DNA of 64,000 nucleotides from Acidimicrobiia bacterium (GTDB taxonomy: Bacteria > Actinomycetota > Acidimicrobiia > Acidimicrobiales > Aldehydirespiratoraceae). Position 1 is the stretch's first letter; each line of letters begins with the position of its first letter. The stretch lies in assembly GCA_024421095.1 (NCBI GenBank), contig JAHQYM010000002.1, positions 4,279 through 68,278 on the forward strand, written 5' to 3'. Both the position numbers and the translations under genes were made by a program. Of this stretch, positions 39,146 to 48,147 are shown one piece after another. The notes under the pieces were generated by a model that saw nothing but the letters and a program-made list of their open reading frames with translations, ran no database searches and was not told the DNA's origin.

Positions 39146-40723
39146 TCAAACCGACATTTTCTGACGTAGAGCACGGTAAGGGGCCGCAAACATCAACAGC
39201 ATCGGAAAAATCTCCAAACGGCCAATCAACATAAACACCACCAACAACAAGCGCGCCGGCACACCAAAAGCCTCAGCGAACGAGGCCGTCGGGCCAGCCT
39301 CGCCGAGAGCCGGCCCCATGTTCCCAAGCGTTGACACAATCGTCCCGATGGAGGTTTCAAGATCCACTCCAAGCGCCGCCAAAGCAAACACACCAAAACA
39401 AATCAGCAAGACATAAATTAAGAAAAAACCCGCCAAGCGCGAAACCACATCCTCGCTAACCGCGGTTCCCCCATGCTTCACCGCGATAACCGCCCGGGGT
39501 TGTTGTACGCGTCTCACCGAACGTATTACATGGCCAACCAAAATCCGCAAACGCATCACTTTAATGCCGCCCGACGTTGAACCCGAGGAGGCACCGACCA
39601 CAAACAAAAACAAGATGACGAACTGCGCCGCCGGTGCCCAAAGAACAAAGTTGCCGACCGAATTGGCATCCGTAGCGTTTCCGAATCCAGTACTAGTACC
39701 CAACGAAACCACATTGAACAGTCCGGCACGAAACGCCTCGATACTCCCCCACGAATCACAAATCCAGAGCGTCGCAATCACCGAAGTTGCGGCAGCAAGA
39801 ATTAACACGACGAACGATCGGAGTTCAGAATCACGCCGATAAGCAGCGAAATCACCACCCGCGGCCCGCCAATGCAACGTGAAGTTGATGGCACCATAGA
39901 GCATTCCGGCAATGACCACTAATTCAACCAGCACACTGTCGTAATATCCGATAGAGGTTTGGTAAGGCGAAAATCCACCAGTTGACGCGGTGGTAAGTGC
40001 GTGCGCCACGCTGTCGTAAAGCGTGGGCCCAGGAACCGCAAACAACAAAACCGCCACAGCAACCGTTAACAAGACGTAAAGAATCCACAAGCGCCGCGCG
40101 GTCTCGGACACTCTCGGTGCTAGGCGATCTGATGTCGGCCCAGGAGCCTCAGCCGCAACCAGATCAAGGCCACCAACGCCCAAATAAGGCAACACCGTCA
40201 CCGCCAACACCACTATACCCATACCACCATACCACTGACTAAGTTGGCGATACATCATCAAACCCCGGCCTGGGCGTTCAAAATCGACAAGCGTCGAAGA
40301 TCCTGTCGTGGAGTACCCAGAAGCCGATTCAAAGACCGAGTTGACTAACTGTTCAAAGAAACCGACACCAGCCGTTGCGAACGTCCCCGCAGCCAAATAC
40401 GGGATCGCTCCAAAAAGAGTCATCGTTACCCAAGTCCAGCCAACCGCTGCGAACACATCTCGCGCCCGGGTCGAACCAGCACGAGTTCGTAACCACAACA
40501 TGGTGCCAAAACCGCCGCACACAATCGCGCCGAGAACTAACGCAACGCTATCTCGATTGCTCGACAACAACTCAATCAAGGCACAAACGGCCATCCCCAA
40601 CGCAACAAAAATCAGCGCTAACCCCATGACATGCAACGCCGTATTAGGGCGACGATTTGAGGGGCCTTGGAGCATCGTGGCGCGCCGTGCTTGCCCAGCT
40701 CGACTGTGCCAAAAACCCTTCAT
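39146..40723 (-). CDS. trkH: TrkH/KtrB-family K+ transporter subunit (paralogue 2)
   Basis: Four P-loop-like segments: [40 protein letters not shown] 40723 overlaps the stop of paralogue 1 (ATGA). Confidence 0.85.
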   Translation of the reverse strand: MKGFWHSRAGQARRATMLQGPSNRRPNTALHVMGLALIFVALGMAVCALIELLSSNRDSVALVLGAIVCGGFGTMLWLRTRAGSTRARDVFAAVGWTWVTMTLFGAIPYLAAGTFATAGVGFFEQLVNSVFESASGYSTTGSSTLVDFERPGRGLMMYRQLSQWYGGMGIVVLAVTVLPYLGVGGLDLVAAEAPGPTSDRLAPRVSETARRLWILYVLLTVAVAVLLFAVPGPTLYDSVAHALTTASTGGFSPYQTSIGYYDSVLVELVVIAGMLYGAINFTLHWRAAGGDFAAYRRDSELRSFVVLILAAATSVIATLWICDSWGSIEAFRAGLFNVVSLGTSTGFGNATDANSVGNFVLWAPAAQFVILFLFVVGASSGSTSGGIKVMRLRILVGHVIRSVRRVQQPRAVIAVKHGGTAVSEDVVSRLAGFFLIYVLLICFGVFALAALGVDLETSIGTIVSTLGNMGPALGEAGPTASFAEAFGVPARLLLVVFMLIGRLEIFPMLLMFAAPYRALRQKMSV

Positions 40724-42225
40724 CGCCGCAAACCTTGGCGTTGCCTGAGCAAATCCACAAGCAGCTTTTTTGTGTTGAAGATCCATACGATGCAGATCAT
40801 CAACGGCACAAGTGAGAGGTGGCCAGCAAACATGAACGGAACCAGCACCAGGCGTGGACCGACAGAGAAACCACTCAGGTCACCGAACGCACCAGCACCT
40901 AGACCTGGGCCGTGCGTTGAAAGGACCGAAACGCCAGTGTAGATTGCGTCCAACAGATCCACGCCGACCACCGTCAAAGCCAAAGCCGCGAGCGCACAAA
41001 CCCCAAGATGTGCAATCTGGAAACCGGTCATGCGTTCCAGCGCTCGATCGTCCACCACGCGCCCACCACTTTTCAACAAAACCACGGTAGTCGGGTCAAG
41101 TTGACGGCGTAGTTCCCGACGCACATACGCCACTAGAATACGCGCCCGATTGATGCGCAACCCACCACCGGGAGCACCAATCATCGCACCCGTAGCAATA
41201 ACCACTAACAACAAAGCGCTAACTCCACCGCCAAGCGTGGTCCAGTCAGTTACCGCAAAACCTGTTGTGCTTACCGCTGACGCAGCAGTAAAAGCAGCCT
41301 CAAACCAGGCTAAACCATCGCTTCGCCACCAAATCCAAAGCGTGGTTACCAACAAAATTGCCCCATAAATTCGCAACTCAGTACTCTGCAACAACGCCTT
41401 AACACGACCTCGAATGGCCCAGGCAATGATCGCGTAACCGCTGCCTGCGATCACCATCGCCACGGTCGCAATACCCACCGGCACAGACCCAAAACCCACA
41501 AACGAATCAGCAGCGGTTGAGAAACCACCGGTAGAAACAGTTGTGAGAGCGTGAACCACGCTGTGTTTAATGCCCATCTGCCCAGCAGCGAAAGCCAACC
41601 CAAAAAGCAGCGTCAACGAACAATAAATGGTCACTACTTGGCGTGTTCGATTATCTTTACCGCGTGCCAATTCGTCATTAACGATCCATTCCCCTGGCGC
41701 AACACGCCCATGATGGAGTGCCGCGGGCAGGGCCACCACACCCGCCACCAGCGCCAAAAGCCCACCAATCCATTGAGTGGCACCACGCCATAAGGTCATC
41801 GGTAAAGACAATTCGCTCGGGTCTAGAGTTGTCAGCGCAGTGGTACTAAATCCAGCCGCCGACTCGAGCACTGCGGCATCAAGTCGGCTAATAGTTCCGC
41901 TGGCCAAATAGACCACTGTGCCTAGCGTTAGTAACGCCAACCAAGAGGCCGCGAGACCATACAACACCTCTGATGTGTTTGGCTTTGAGCGCTTGGCGAG
42001 CCTCTGGCGCGTGAGCAAACCGATTCCGACCAACACAATCGACGTAGCCGCCAAAACAGCACTGTCGCCAAGATCATCAACACTTCCAGCAACAGCACAC
42101 AAAGCAGCGGCCAACCCGGCAACCAGCAACGCTTCGCTGACCGAATAAAAAATATAGGATTCGTCCCGAAACTGGCGGGCATCAAATCTCCAAGCTCTAG
42201 CTCGTTTCGAGCGAGGCGTATTCAC
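40720..42225 (-). CDS. trkH: TrkH/KtrB-family K+ transporter subunit (paralogue 1)
   Basis: P-loop-like segments AGFSTTALT, TVSTGGFST, AVSTTGFAV, LSTHGPGLG. The GTG start overlaps the trkA stop (GTGA at 42222-42225). Confidence 0.85.
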   Translation of the reverse strand: MNTPRSKRARAWRFDARQFRDESYIFYSVSEALLVAGLAAALCAVAGSVDDLGDSAVLAATSIVLVGIGLLTRQRLAKRSKPNTSEVLYGLAASWLALLTLGTVVYLASGTISRLDAAVLESAAGFSTTALTTLDPSELSLPMTLWRGATQWIGGLLALVAGVVALPAALHHGRVAPGEWIVNDELARGKDNRTRQVVTIYCSLTLLFGLAFAAGQMGIKHSVVHALTTVSTGGFSTAADSFVGFGSVPVGIATVAMVIAGSGYAIIAWAIRGRVKALLQSTELRIYGAILLVTTLWIWWRSDGLAWFEAAFTAASAVSTTGFAVTDWTTLGGGVSALLLVVIATGAMIGAPGGGLRINRARILVAYVRRELRRQLDPTTVVLLKSGGRVVDDRALERMTGFQIAHLGVCALAALALTVVGVDLLDAIYTGVSVLSTHGPGLGAGAFGDLSGFSVGPRLVLVPFMFAGHLSLVPLMICIVWIFNTKKLLVDLLRQRQGLRR

Positions 42226-43577
42226 CCGAAGACTCGCCGTACCTCATCAACCGCAGCAGGCACTGCGAACGCCACGATATGGTCATGGCCTCGTAGACGC
42301 GACGGCCCCCGCGCTATTTCAGCTTTGCCGTCACGCACGAACGCTCCGATCAGCACATCTTTGGGCAGTCCTAGGTCTTTTACTTGTGCTCCGTCAGCCA
42401 AACTATCAACGGTTACCTCAAGCTCTAACACTTCAGCGTTGCCTTGCAGAAACGTTTCCACAGCTGTCACATCGCCTCGCACGAAGCGTAAAACACCGTT
42501 GGCGGTGGCCGTTCGTGGTGAAAGCGCAACGTCAATGCCAACGTCGCCGAGCAACTTGAGCAACGCCAAACGATGCACCACCGCGACGGTTTCGCCGGCT
42601 CCTTGTGATTTGGCATATAGGCAAGCCAAAATATTGGCATCGTCATCTCCAGTGAGCGCAACGACCATGTCAAATTGACCTACTTCAACCTCGTCTAGGA
42701 AGTCGGCATCGGTGATGTCTCCCTCATGCACCATCGCCTCATCTAGTTTTTCTGCCAACGCACGCGCTCTAGCCGCAGACCTCTCAACGATTTTCACTGA
42801 AACCCCTCGTTCCGCCAACCGCTTAGCCAAAATTTCAGCAGTTCGACCACCGCCCAACAGCATCACCTTCTGCAACTTGGAGCGTTGCAAGCCAAGCAGC
42901 TCGAAAACCGACCGTTGGGCACGGCGCTTCAGCGCGATCCGCAAATGGTCTCCAGCTTCAAGACAGTGATTATGGCGCGGGATGATAGTTTCGTCACCAC
43001 GACTGATCGAACCAACCACGAAGTCCCAAGCAGGTTCAAACTCTTCACCGAGGTCTTTCAACGAGCGGCCAACTAGCGGCGCATCAGCAGCGAGACGCGC
43101 ACCAATCACCAGCACTTCTCCCCCAGCCATTTTGGCTACCTCATCTGTGCCTGGGAAGTCAAGCAACTCCAAGACATCTTCGGCTGCTTCGGAATCGGGG
43201 TCGATGATCAGGTCGGCTTCGGCTTTGCGCAGCAACTCAGCCGCATCTTTGCCGCGTAATTCTGCTGCTTCAATGCGCACCACGGTGCGTTTTACGCCGA
43301 GCAGTTTCGACAGTTGGGAACTGAGTAGGTTGACGGCATCGTTTTTGGTGACGGACACGACCAGATCAGCATCAGCAACACGGGCCCGCCGCAATGCCTC
43401 AGGATGCGTACCACTTCCCTCAACCACGAGCACATCTAGGTCTTCATCGATTTGGCGCAACCGATCAGGGTTAAGGTCAATAATGGCCACATCGTGTCCT
43501 TCACGACTGAGGCGATCGGCAACATAAGTGCCGACCTCACCAGCCCCGATCACGATGACATGCACGATCTTCGACAA
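42222..43577 (-). CDS. trkA: TrkA K+ uptake regulatory protein (tandem RCK: two NAD-binding plus two C domains)
   Basis: Two Rossmann starts, VIVIGAGEVG and VMLLGGGRTAE, each followed by TrkA-C-like segments. Confidence 0.9.
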   Translation of the reverse strand: MSKIVHVIVIGAGEVGTYVADRLSREGHDVAIIDLNPDRLRQIDEDLDVLVVEGSGTHPEALRRARVADADLVVSVTKNDAVNLLSSQLSKLLGVKRTVVRIEAAELRGKDAAELLRKAEADLIIDPDSEAAEDVLELLDFPGTDEVAKMAGGEVLVIGARLAADAPLVGRSLKDLGEEFEPAWDFVVGSISRGDETIIPRHNHCLEAGDHLRIALKRRAQRSVFELLGLQRSKLQKVMLLGGGRTAEILAKRLAERGVSVKIVERSAARARALAEKLDEAMVHEGDITDADFLDEVEVGQFDMVVALTGDDDANILACLYAKSQGAGETVAVVHRLALLKLLGDVGIDVALSPRTATANGVLRFVRGDVTAVETFLQGNAEVLELEVTVDSLADGAQVKDLGLPKDVLIGAFVRDGKAEIARGPSRLRGHDHIVAFAVPAAVDEVRRVFG

Positions 43578-43607
43578 CTCCTATCAGGGCTATTCGGCGC
43601 TGCCCCG

Positions 43608-44195
43608 CTAAAGCCCTCTTGAGCGGAACTCAAACACTTTACTATCAGTCACCACTAGGTCGAGGGGAATATCCCAAGTATCGCTTGGCACTTGGGACAC
43701 TTCTTGAAAGGTGTGAGCGACACCGATTAGCAGCGGGCGCTGCTGCGTGAAAGAAGCGAAGCAACGATCATAAAAGCCTTTGCCTTGGCCAAGTCGTTTA
43801 CCAGTTTTGTCGAATGCTACTAGAGGCGTGAGCAGCACATCGTGTGCTGCCACGCTCACTGCCTTGCCTTCGCTTGGCTCGCGAATTCCAAAGGCACCTC
43901 GCCGTTCGGCAGCTTGGGGTTGCCAAGAGATGAACTCCAAATCTTTGTCGACCACCCTCGGTACGGTAACGGTGGCACCTTGCTCAAAAAGAAGCGCCAA
44001 GAGGTCATCAATGTTGACTTCGCCTGGCATGGCGCGGTATCCAGCGATGGTTTTGGCGGTTCGCAAGTCTTCCAAACTCACCAGACTGTTGCACACCGCT
44101 GCGGAGGCTTGAGCTTGGAGTTGCGTGCCCAATACCCGACGCTGGGTTCGCAGCCGCTGGCGGATTAGGTGTTTTTGCTCGGCAATGCTGTGCAT
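43608..44195 (-). CDS. 5-formyltetrahydrofolate cyclo-ligase
   Basis: IRQRLRTQRR near the N-terminus and LLTPLVAFDKTGKRLGQGKGFYDR are typical of the family; about 195 aa. Confidence 0.8.
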   Translation of the reverse strand: MHSIAEQKHLIRQRLRTQRRVLGTQLQAQASAAVCNSLVSLEDLRTAKTIAGYRAMPGEVNIDDLLALLFEQGATVTVPRVVDKDLEFISWQPQAAERRGAFGIREPSEGKAVSVAAHDVLLTPLVAFDKTGKRLGQGKGFYDRCFASFTQQRPLLIGVAHTFQEVSQVPSDTWDIPLDLVVTDSKVFEFRSRGL

Positions 44196-44210
44196 TAGTG
44201 GATTCTTTAG

Positions 44211-46295
44211 CTACACAAAAGCACTGGCGAACACTAGCGACACAATCGTCATCACCTTCAACAAAATGTTCATTGCCGGCCCCGAAGTGTCTTTGAACGG
44301 GTCGCCGATGGTGTCGCCCACAACGGCTGCTTTGTGTGGTTCGCCACCCTTGCCACCAAAGGCACCAGCTTCAATGTACTTCTTGGCGTTGTCCCAAGCC
44401 CCGCCAGCGTTGGCCATAAAGATCGCTAGCGCAAATCCAGTGACCAAAGCACCCGCCAACAATCCACCCAGTGCGTCCACATCAATGAAGCCAGTGACGA
44501 GAGGCACCACCACCGCCAGCGCACCCGGCACGACCATTTGTTTTAGCGAAGCATCAGTTGAGATCTGTACGCAACGAGCCGAGTCGGGAGCGACCCCGGC
44601 ACGGCCTTCACGCAAGCCGGGTATCTCTCGAAACTGTCGGCGCACCTCCTCAATCATCGTGGCCGCAGCCCGACCCACAGCATCAATCGTCAAAGCCGCA
44701 AACAAAAAAGGCAATCCGGCGCCCAAAAACAAACCAATAAACACATCCACTTCCCCGACATTGAGGCTCAACGTGCCCCCTTCTTGTTTCACCGCAAATT
44801 CAAAACTCTTGAACAAGGCAAGGGCGGTGAGAGCCGCTGAACCAACCGCGAAACCCTTGGCGATTGCTGCGGTGGTGTTACCCAACGAATCGAGCGCATC
44901 AGTGACTTCACGCACTGCGGGGTCGAGTTCGGCCATCTCCGCGATTCCACCGGCGTTATCAGCGATAGGTCCGTAAGCATCCACCGAAACCACCACACCA
45001 GTAGTCGCCAACATTCCAATAGCGGCAACTGCGATGCCGTAAATGCCACCGCCATCGCCGAGAGTTTGGGTTCCTCCCCAATAAGCGACTCCCACACCAA
45101 TGAGCACCAGCAACACCGACGAAGCCACCGAAATCATTCCCGCGCTGATGCCGGAGAGCACCGTTGTAGCGGGCCCGGTTTCGGATTGAGCGGCGATTCG
45201 TTTGACCGGGCCGTAATGATCAGAGGTGTAGTATTCGGCGGTTTTGCCCAACGCCCAACCCACCAACAATCCGCCGACTACGGAGATGGCAAGGCCGTAC
45301 GGCGCTGAGTAACGTTCTCCAGAAAACATCAGGTAAGCAACCACGAAGGTAGCTACCACGGTGAGTCCCATGGCCACGTTGGTGCCTCGATGCAAGGCGC
45401 GGCTCAGCGCTCTGCTATCGGTGCTGTGGCCACCTTTCACGAGAAAAGAACCGATGATTGATGCCAGCATGCCCACAAAAGCGATGGCCATGGGGAACAT
45501 CAAACGTGCAACATGATCGTCTAGTCCAGCATCTGCTGCGGCAAGCCCACCAGCGACTGAAAATGCGGTCAGTGCCACTGGTGCGATGATAGAACCAACG
45601 TAAGACTCAAACAGGTCTGCGCCCATCCCCGCTACGTCACCCACATTGTCGCCCACACTGTCGGCGATGCTCGCCGGGTTGCGCGGGTCATCTTCAGGAA
45701 TACCAGCTTCGACCTTGCCAACCAGATCTGCACCCACATCGGCGGCTTTCGTAAATATGCCGCCCCCCACACGGGAAAACAAAGCGATTGAGGACGCACC
45801 GAGACCATAGGCAGTGACCACTTCAAAGGCTTTGTCAATGCCTAACCATTCAACAAAAAGCAGGTACGTGAACATCAGCCCGAACAACGCCAAACCAGCA
45901 ACCGCGAAGCCCATCACCGCGCCACCTCGAAAAGCCACGGGCAGCGCCGCGGCTGGACCGCTGCGGGCCGCTTCAGTAGTGCGGGCATTGGCCATGGTAG
46001 CCACAGTCATCCCGGCATATCCAGCCGTAGCCGACAGCACCGCACCGAGAACGTAACTCAGCGATGCCCAAGGGTCGATGACTACAGCGAGCAGAATAAT
46101 CATTGCCAGCACGAAAACTGAAACCCAACGATATTCCTGCTTGAGGAAGGCGCGAGCGCCTTTCTGGATTTCTCGCATCAAAAACACCATGCGGTCGTTG
46201 CCCGGGGGGGCGGACTCGACTGACTTGTAGTAGAACGCGGCTACTAGTAGCCCTGCTATTGCTGAGATCATTGCCAAATATGGGACGGCGCTCAC
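44211..46295 (-). CDS. hppA: Membrane-bound ion-translocating pyrophosphatase (M-PPase)
   Basis: DSVGDNVGDVAGMGADLFES, GPIADNAGGIAEM, LGNTTAAIAKGFAVGSAAL, GDTIGDPFKDTSGPA, and about 16 TM segments. GTG start with GGAG 6 nt upstream. Confidence 0.95.
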   Translation of the reverse strand: MSAVPYLAMISAIAGLLVAAFYYKSVESAPPGNDRMVFLMREIQKGARAFLKQEYRWVSVFVLAMIILLAVVIDPWASLSYVLGAVLSATAGYAGMTVATMANARTTEAARSGPAAALPVAFRGGAVMGFAVAGLALFGLMFTYLLFVEWLGIDKAFEVVTAYGLGASSIALFSRVGGGIFTKAADVGADLVGKVEAGIPEDDPRNPASIADSVGDNVGDVAGMGADLFESYVGSIIAPVALTAFSVAGGLAAADAGLDDHVARLMFPMAIAFVGMLASIIGSFLVKGGHSTDSRALSRALHRGTNVAMGLTVVATFVVAYLMFSGERYSAPYGLAISVVGGLLVGWALGKTAEYYTSDHYGPVKRIAAQSETGPATTVLSGISAGMISVASSVLLVLIGVGVAYWGGTQTLGDGGGIYGIAVAAIGMLATTGVVVSVDAYGPIADNAGGIAEMAELDPAVREVTDALDSLGNTTAAIAKGFAVGSAALTALALFKSFEFAVKQEGGTLSLNVGEVDVFIGLFLGAGLPFLFAALTIDAVGRAAATMIEEVRRQFREIPGLREGRAGVAPDSARCVQISTDASLKQMVVPGALAVVVPLVTGFIDVDALGGLLAGALVTGFALAIFMANAGGAWDNAKKYIEAGAFGGKGGEPHKAAVVGDTIGDPFKDTSGPAMNILLKVMTIVSLVFASAFV

Positions 46296-46308
46296 GAATT
46301 CTCCTGTT

Positions 46309-46351
46309 CATTTCTGTGTTGCCCGAAGGCCATTTCTGTGCTACCCGAAGG
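46309..46351 (-). repeat. Two tandem 21-nt repeats (period 22) in the hppA leader, each containing a CCUUCGGG mini-hairpin
   Basis: On the + strand: catttctgtgTtGcccgaagg (46309-46329), c, catttctgtgCtAcccgaagg (46331-46351). On the minus-strand RNA: ccuucggguagcacagaaaugg / ccuucgggcaacacagaaauga. Confidence 0.75.
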
Positions 46352-46434
46352 TTAACCGCTTCAAGGTGACCGAGACACGCTACCGAGATTAGCGCGCACC
46401 GCCACTACTTAGTTCGGGTCACCATCCAGGTTGC

Positions 46435-47295
46435 TTAGTCGCTGGTGCTAGTTGGGCCTAATTGTGCCAACACTTTTGCGGCTAAACGGTGGCCGGCATC
46501 CGTGGCTGCGCGTGCGTTAGCACCGGTTCGGCTGCTCGCTAGGTAACCGGCAATGAACCCGTCGCCAACACCGCTGCGGTCTCTGATTTCACTGACCTCG
46601 GGCACGCTTACTGATTCGGCATTACCGTCCGCGCCTAGCACCAGCGTTGGTTGCGCTCCATTGGTGACAACGGTTGTTGCCGCGCCATCAATGCAGCGTT
46701 GTTGATGCAACCCCAGTGCTTGGTGTTCGTTGTGGTTGAGGATCACTGCTTGGGGTTTGGCTAGCGACACCAATTCAAGAAAAGGCTTGATGCCGAAGTC
46801 TTGGCGGTCGGCTTCGTTGGGTCCGCCGATGAAGAGATCTATATTTCTGTCGCGCACGTCGCCCAAAAGTCGATCAACTGCGTTGGCCATGGGATCGGCC
46901 ACGAATGCGCTCAGCGCGAAATAGATCTGAGTTGCGTTTGTCAAGACGGACGGTTCGATGATGTGCAGGTGCCGAGCCGTTCCTCGGTCGGTTAGTAAGG
47001 TGCGCCCGCCACGTCCGATTAGGGTGAGCGTCACGCCGGTTGCGCCTTCTTGTTTGACCGCTAGGTCGACTCCCCGCCGTTGCAGGTCTTCGCTGAGTGT
47101 TCTGCCGAGGGTGTCGTTGCCGATTTGACCAACGAATCGTGGCGTGCCACCCTGTTCGGCATCTAAGGCGGCTACATTCGCAGCGCTGCCACCGCGGACT
47201 CTGGCGGAACGGATTTTCGTCACCGAGTTTTGATTGGGTACGGTTGGCAACACCACCAAGATATTTTCGAGAAGGTCACCGACACAAACCAGCAC
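46435..47295 (-). CDS. PfkB-family carbohydrate kinase (ribokinase-like)
   Basis: N-terminal VCVGDLLENI and the C-terminal anion-hole block DRSGVGDGFIAGYL. GTG start. Confidence 0.8.
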   Translation of the reverse strand: MLVCVGDLLENILVVLPTVPNQNSVTKIRSARVRGGSAANVAALDAEQGGTPRFVGQIGNDTLGRTLSEDLQRRGVDLAVKQEGATGVTLTLIGRGGRTLLTDRGTARHLHIIEPSVLTNATQIYFALSAFVADPMANAVDRLLGDVRDRNIDLFIGGPNEADRQDFGIKPFLELVSLAKPQAVILNHNEHQALGLHQQRCIDGAATTVVTNGAQPTLVLGADGNAESVSVPEVSEIRDRSGVGDGFIAGYLASSRTGANARAATDAGHRLAAKVLAQLGPTSTSD

Positions 47296-47333
47296 ACTGT
47301 CAAGATACTAGTTTTGCGACCGTTATTATCAAT

Positions 47334-47385
47334 CCGTTGCAAATTCAACGGTTGGTGCGGTTGGTTCGGTTAGTTCGGTTGCTTT
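47334..47385. repeat. A 6-bp hairpin (CCGTTG-caaatt-CAACGG) abutting four tandem 9-mers: GGTTGGTGC GGTTGGTTC GGTTAGTTC GGTTGCTTT
   Basis: Read directly in the ung-pfkB intergenic region. The hairpin is at 47334-47351 and the 9-mer array at 47350-47385. Both lie just downstream of the ung stop (47393-47395, minus strand). Confidence 0.6.
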
Positions 47386-47392
47386 GTTTTGG

Positions 47393-48088
47393 TCAGTCGT
47401 TGGGGATGCGCCAGTCCACGGGTTCGATGCCAGCTTCAATTAACGCCGTGTTGGTTTGACTAAACGGTTTCGATCCAAAAAATCCGTTGTGCGCGGCCAA
47501 TGGGGACGGATGCGCCGACTCCACAATGGCGTGCTTGTGCGCGTCTATCAATAGTTTCTTTTTGCGGGCTGCGTTGCCCCAAAGAACAAAAACCACTCTT
47601 TGCGTTTTCGCATTCACGCAACGAATGACTTCATCGGTGAACGTTTCCCAGCCACGACCTTGATGGCTAGCCGCTCGGTGGGCTCGCACCGTGAGTGTGG
47701 TGTTGAGCAACAAGACACCGTTGCGTGCCCAAGCTTCAAGATTGCCGTGGTTCGGCGGCGCTACACCAAGGTCGGCTTGAAGTTCGGCGAAGATGTTCAC
47801 CAAAGATGGTGGCACAGCAACCCCATGGCGCACCGAAAAACAAAGACCGTGAGCTTGATTCGGCCCGTGATATGGGTCTTGTCCAACGATCAGCACCTTG
47901 ACTTGCGCTAACGGTGTTAGATGCAATGCCGCAAACACCTCTTCATGTGCTGGATACACTTCATGAGCGGACCGTTCGGCATGCACAAAACCCATCAACT
48001 CTGGCCAGTAGGGCTTGTCGAACTCTTGGCGTAGCGCTTTGTTCCAATCGGTTTTAGGAGGCATGTACGCAACCGTTTCTCTTGCCAA
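47393..48088 (-). CDS. ung: Uracil-DNA glycosylase, family 1
   Basis: The catalytic block VLIVGQDPYHGPNQAHGLCFSV, LLLNTTLTV, and HPSPLAA. Confidence 0.95.
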   Translation of the reverse strand: MARETVAYMPPKTDWNKALRQEFDKPYWPELMGFVHAERSAHEVYPAHEEVFAALHLTPLAQVKVLIVGQDPYHGPNQAHGLCFSVRHGVAVPPSLVNIFAELQADLGVAPPNHGNLEAWARNGVLLLNTTLTVRAHRAASHQGRGWETFTDEVIRCVNAKTQRVVFVLWGNAARKKKLLIDAHKHAIVESAHPSPLAAHNGFFGSKPFSQTNTALIEAGIEPVDWRIPND

Positions 48089-48147
48089 ATTCGCAGCATT
48101 GCAATCTGCAAAACCATTTCAAGGTTATTGCACGCTAGCGTCGCAAC

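Noticed and set aside
44125-44976. A 283-aa + strand ORF and other long shadow ORFs: 15526-16191 (-), 42982-43527 (+), 10019-10501 (-), 26302-26874 (-), 29514-30005 (-), 45973-46311 (-)
   Set aside because: Each lies antisense to or out of frame with a strongly recognisable gene (hppA, ClC, trkA, SNF2, the oxidoreductase, AftD-like). They have low-complexity P/S/A/R-rich translations. Long stop-free alternative frames are expected at this GC content.
46352-46434. The hppA leader as a c-di-AMP (ydaO-type) riboswitch, given the linkage to K+ transport
   Set aside because: The idea is attractive because ydaO riboswitches control K+ transporters and are pseudo-symmetric. However, I cannot recognise the conserved ydaO core sequences here, and the 22-nt repeats are too short to form its two three-helix junctions. 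It needs an Infernal scan, so I am not claiming it.
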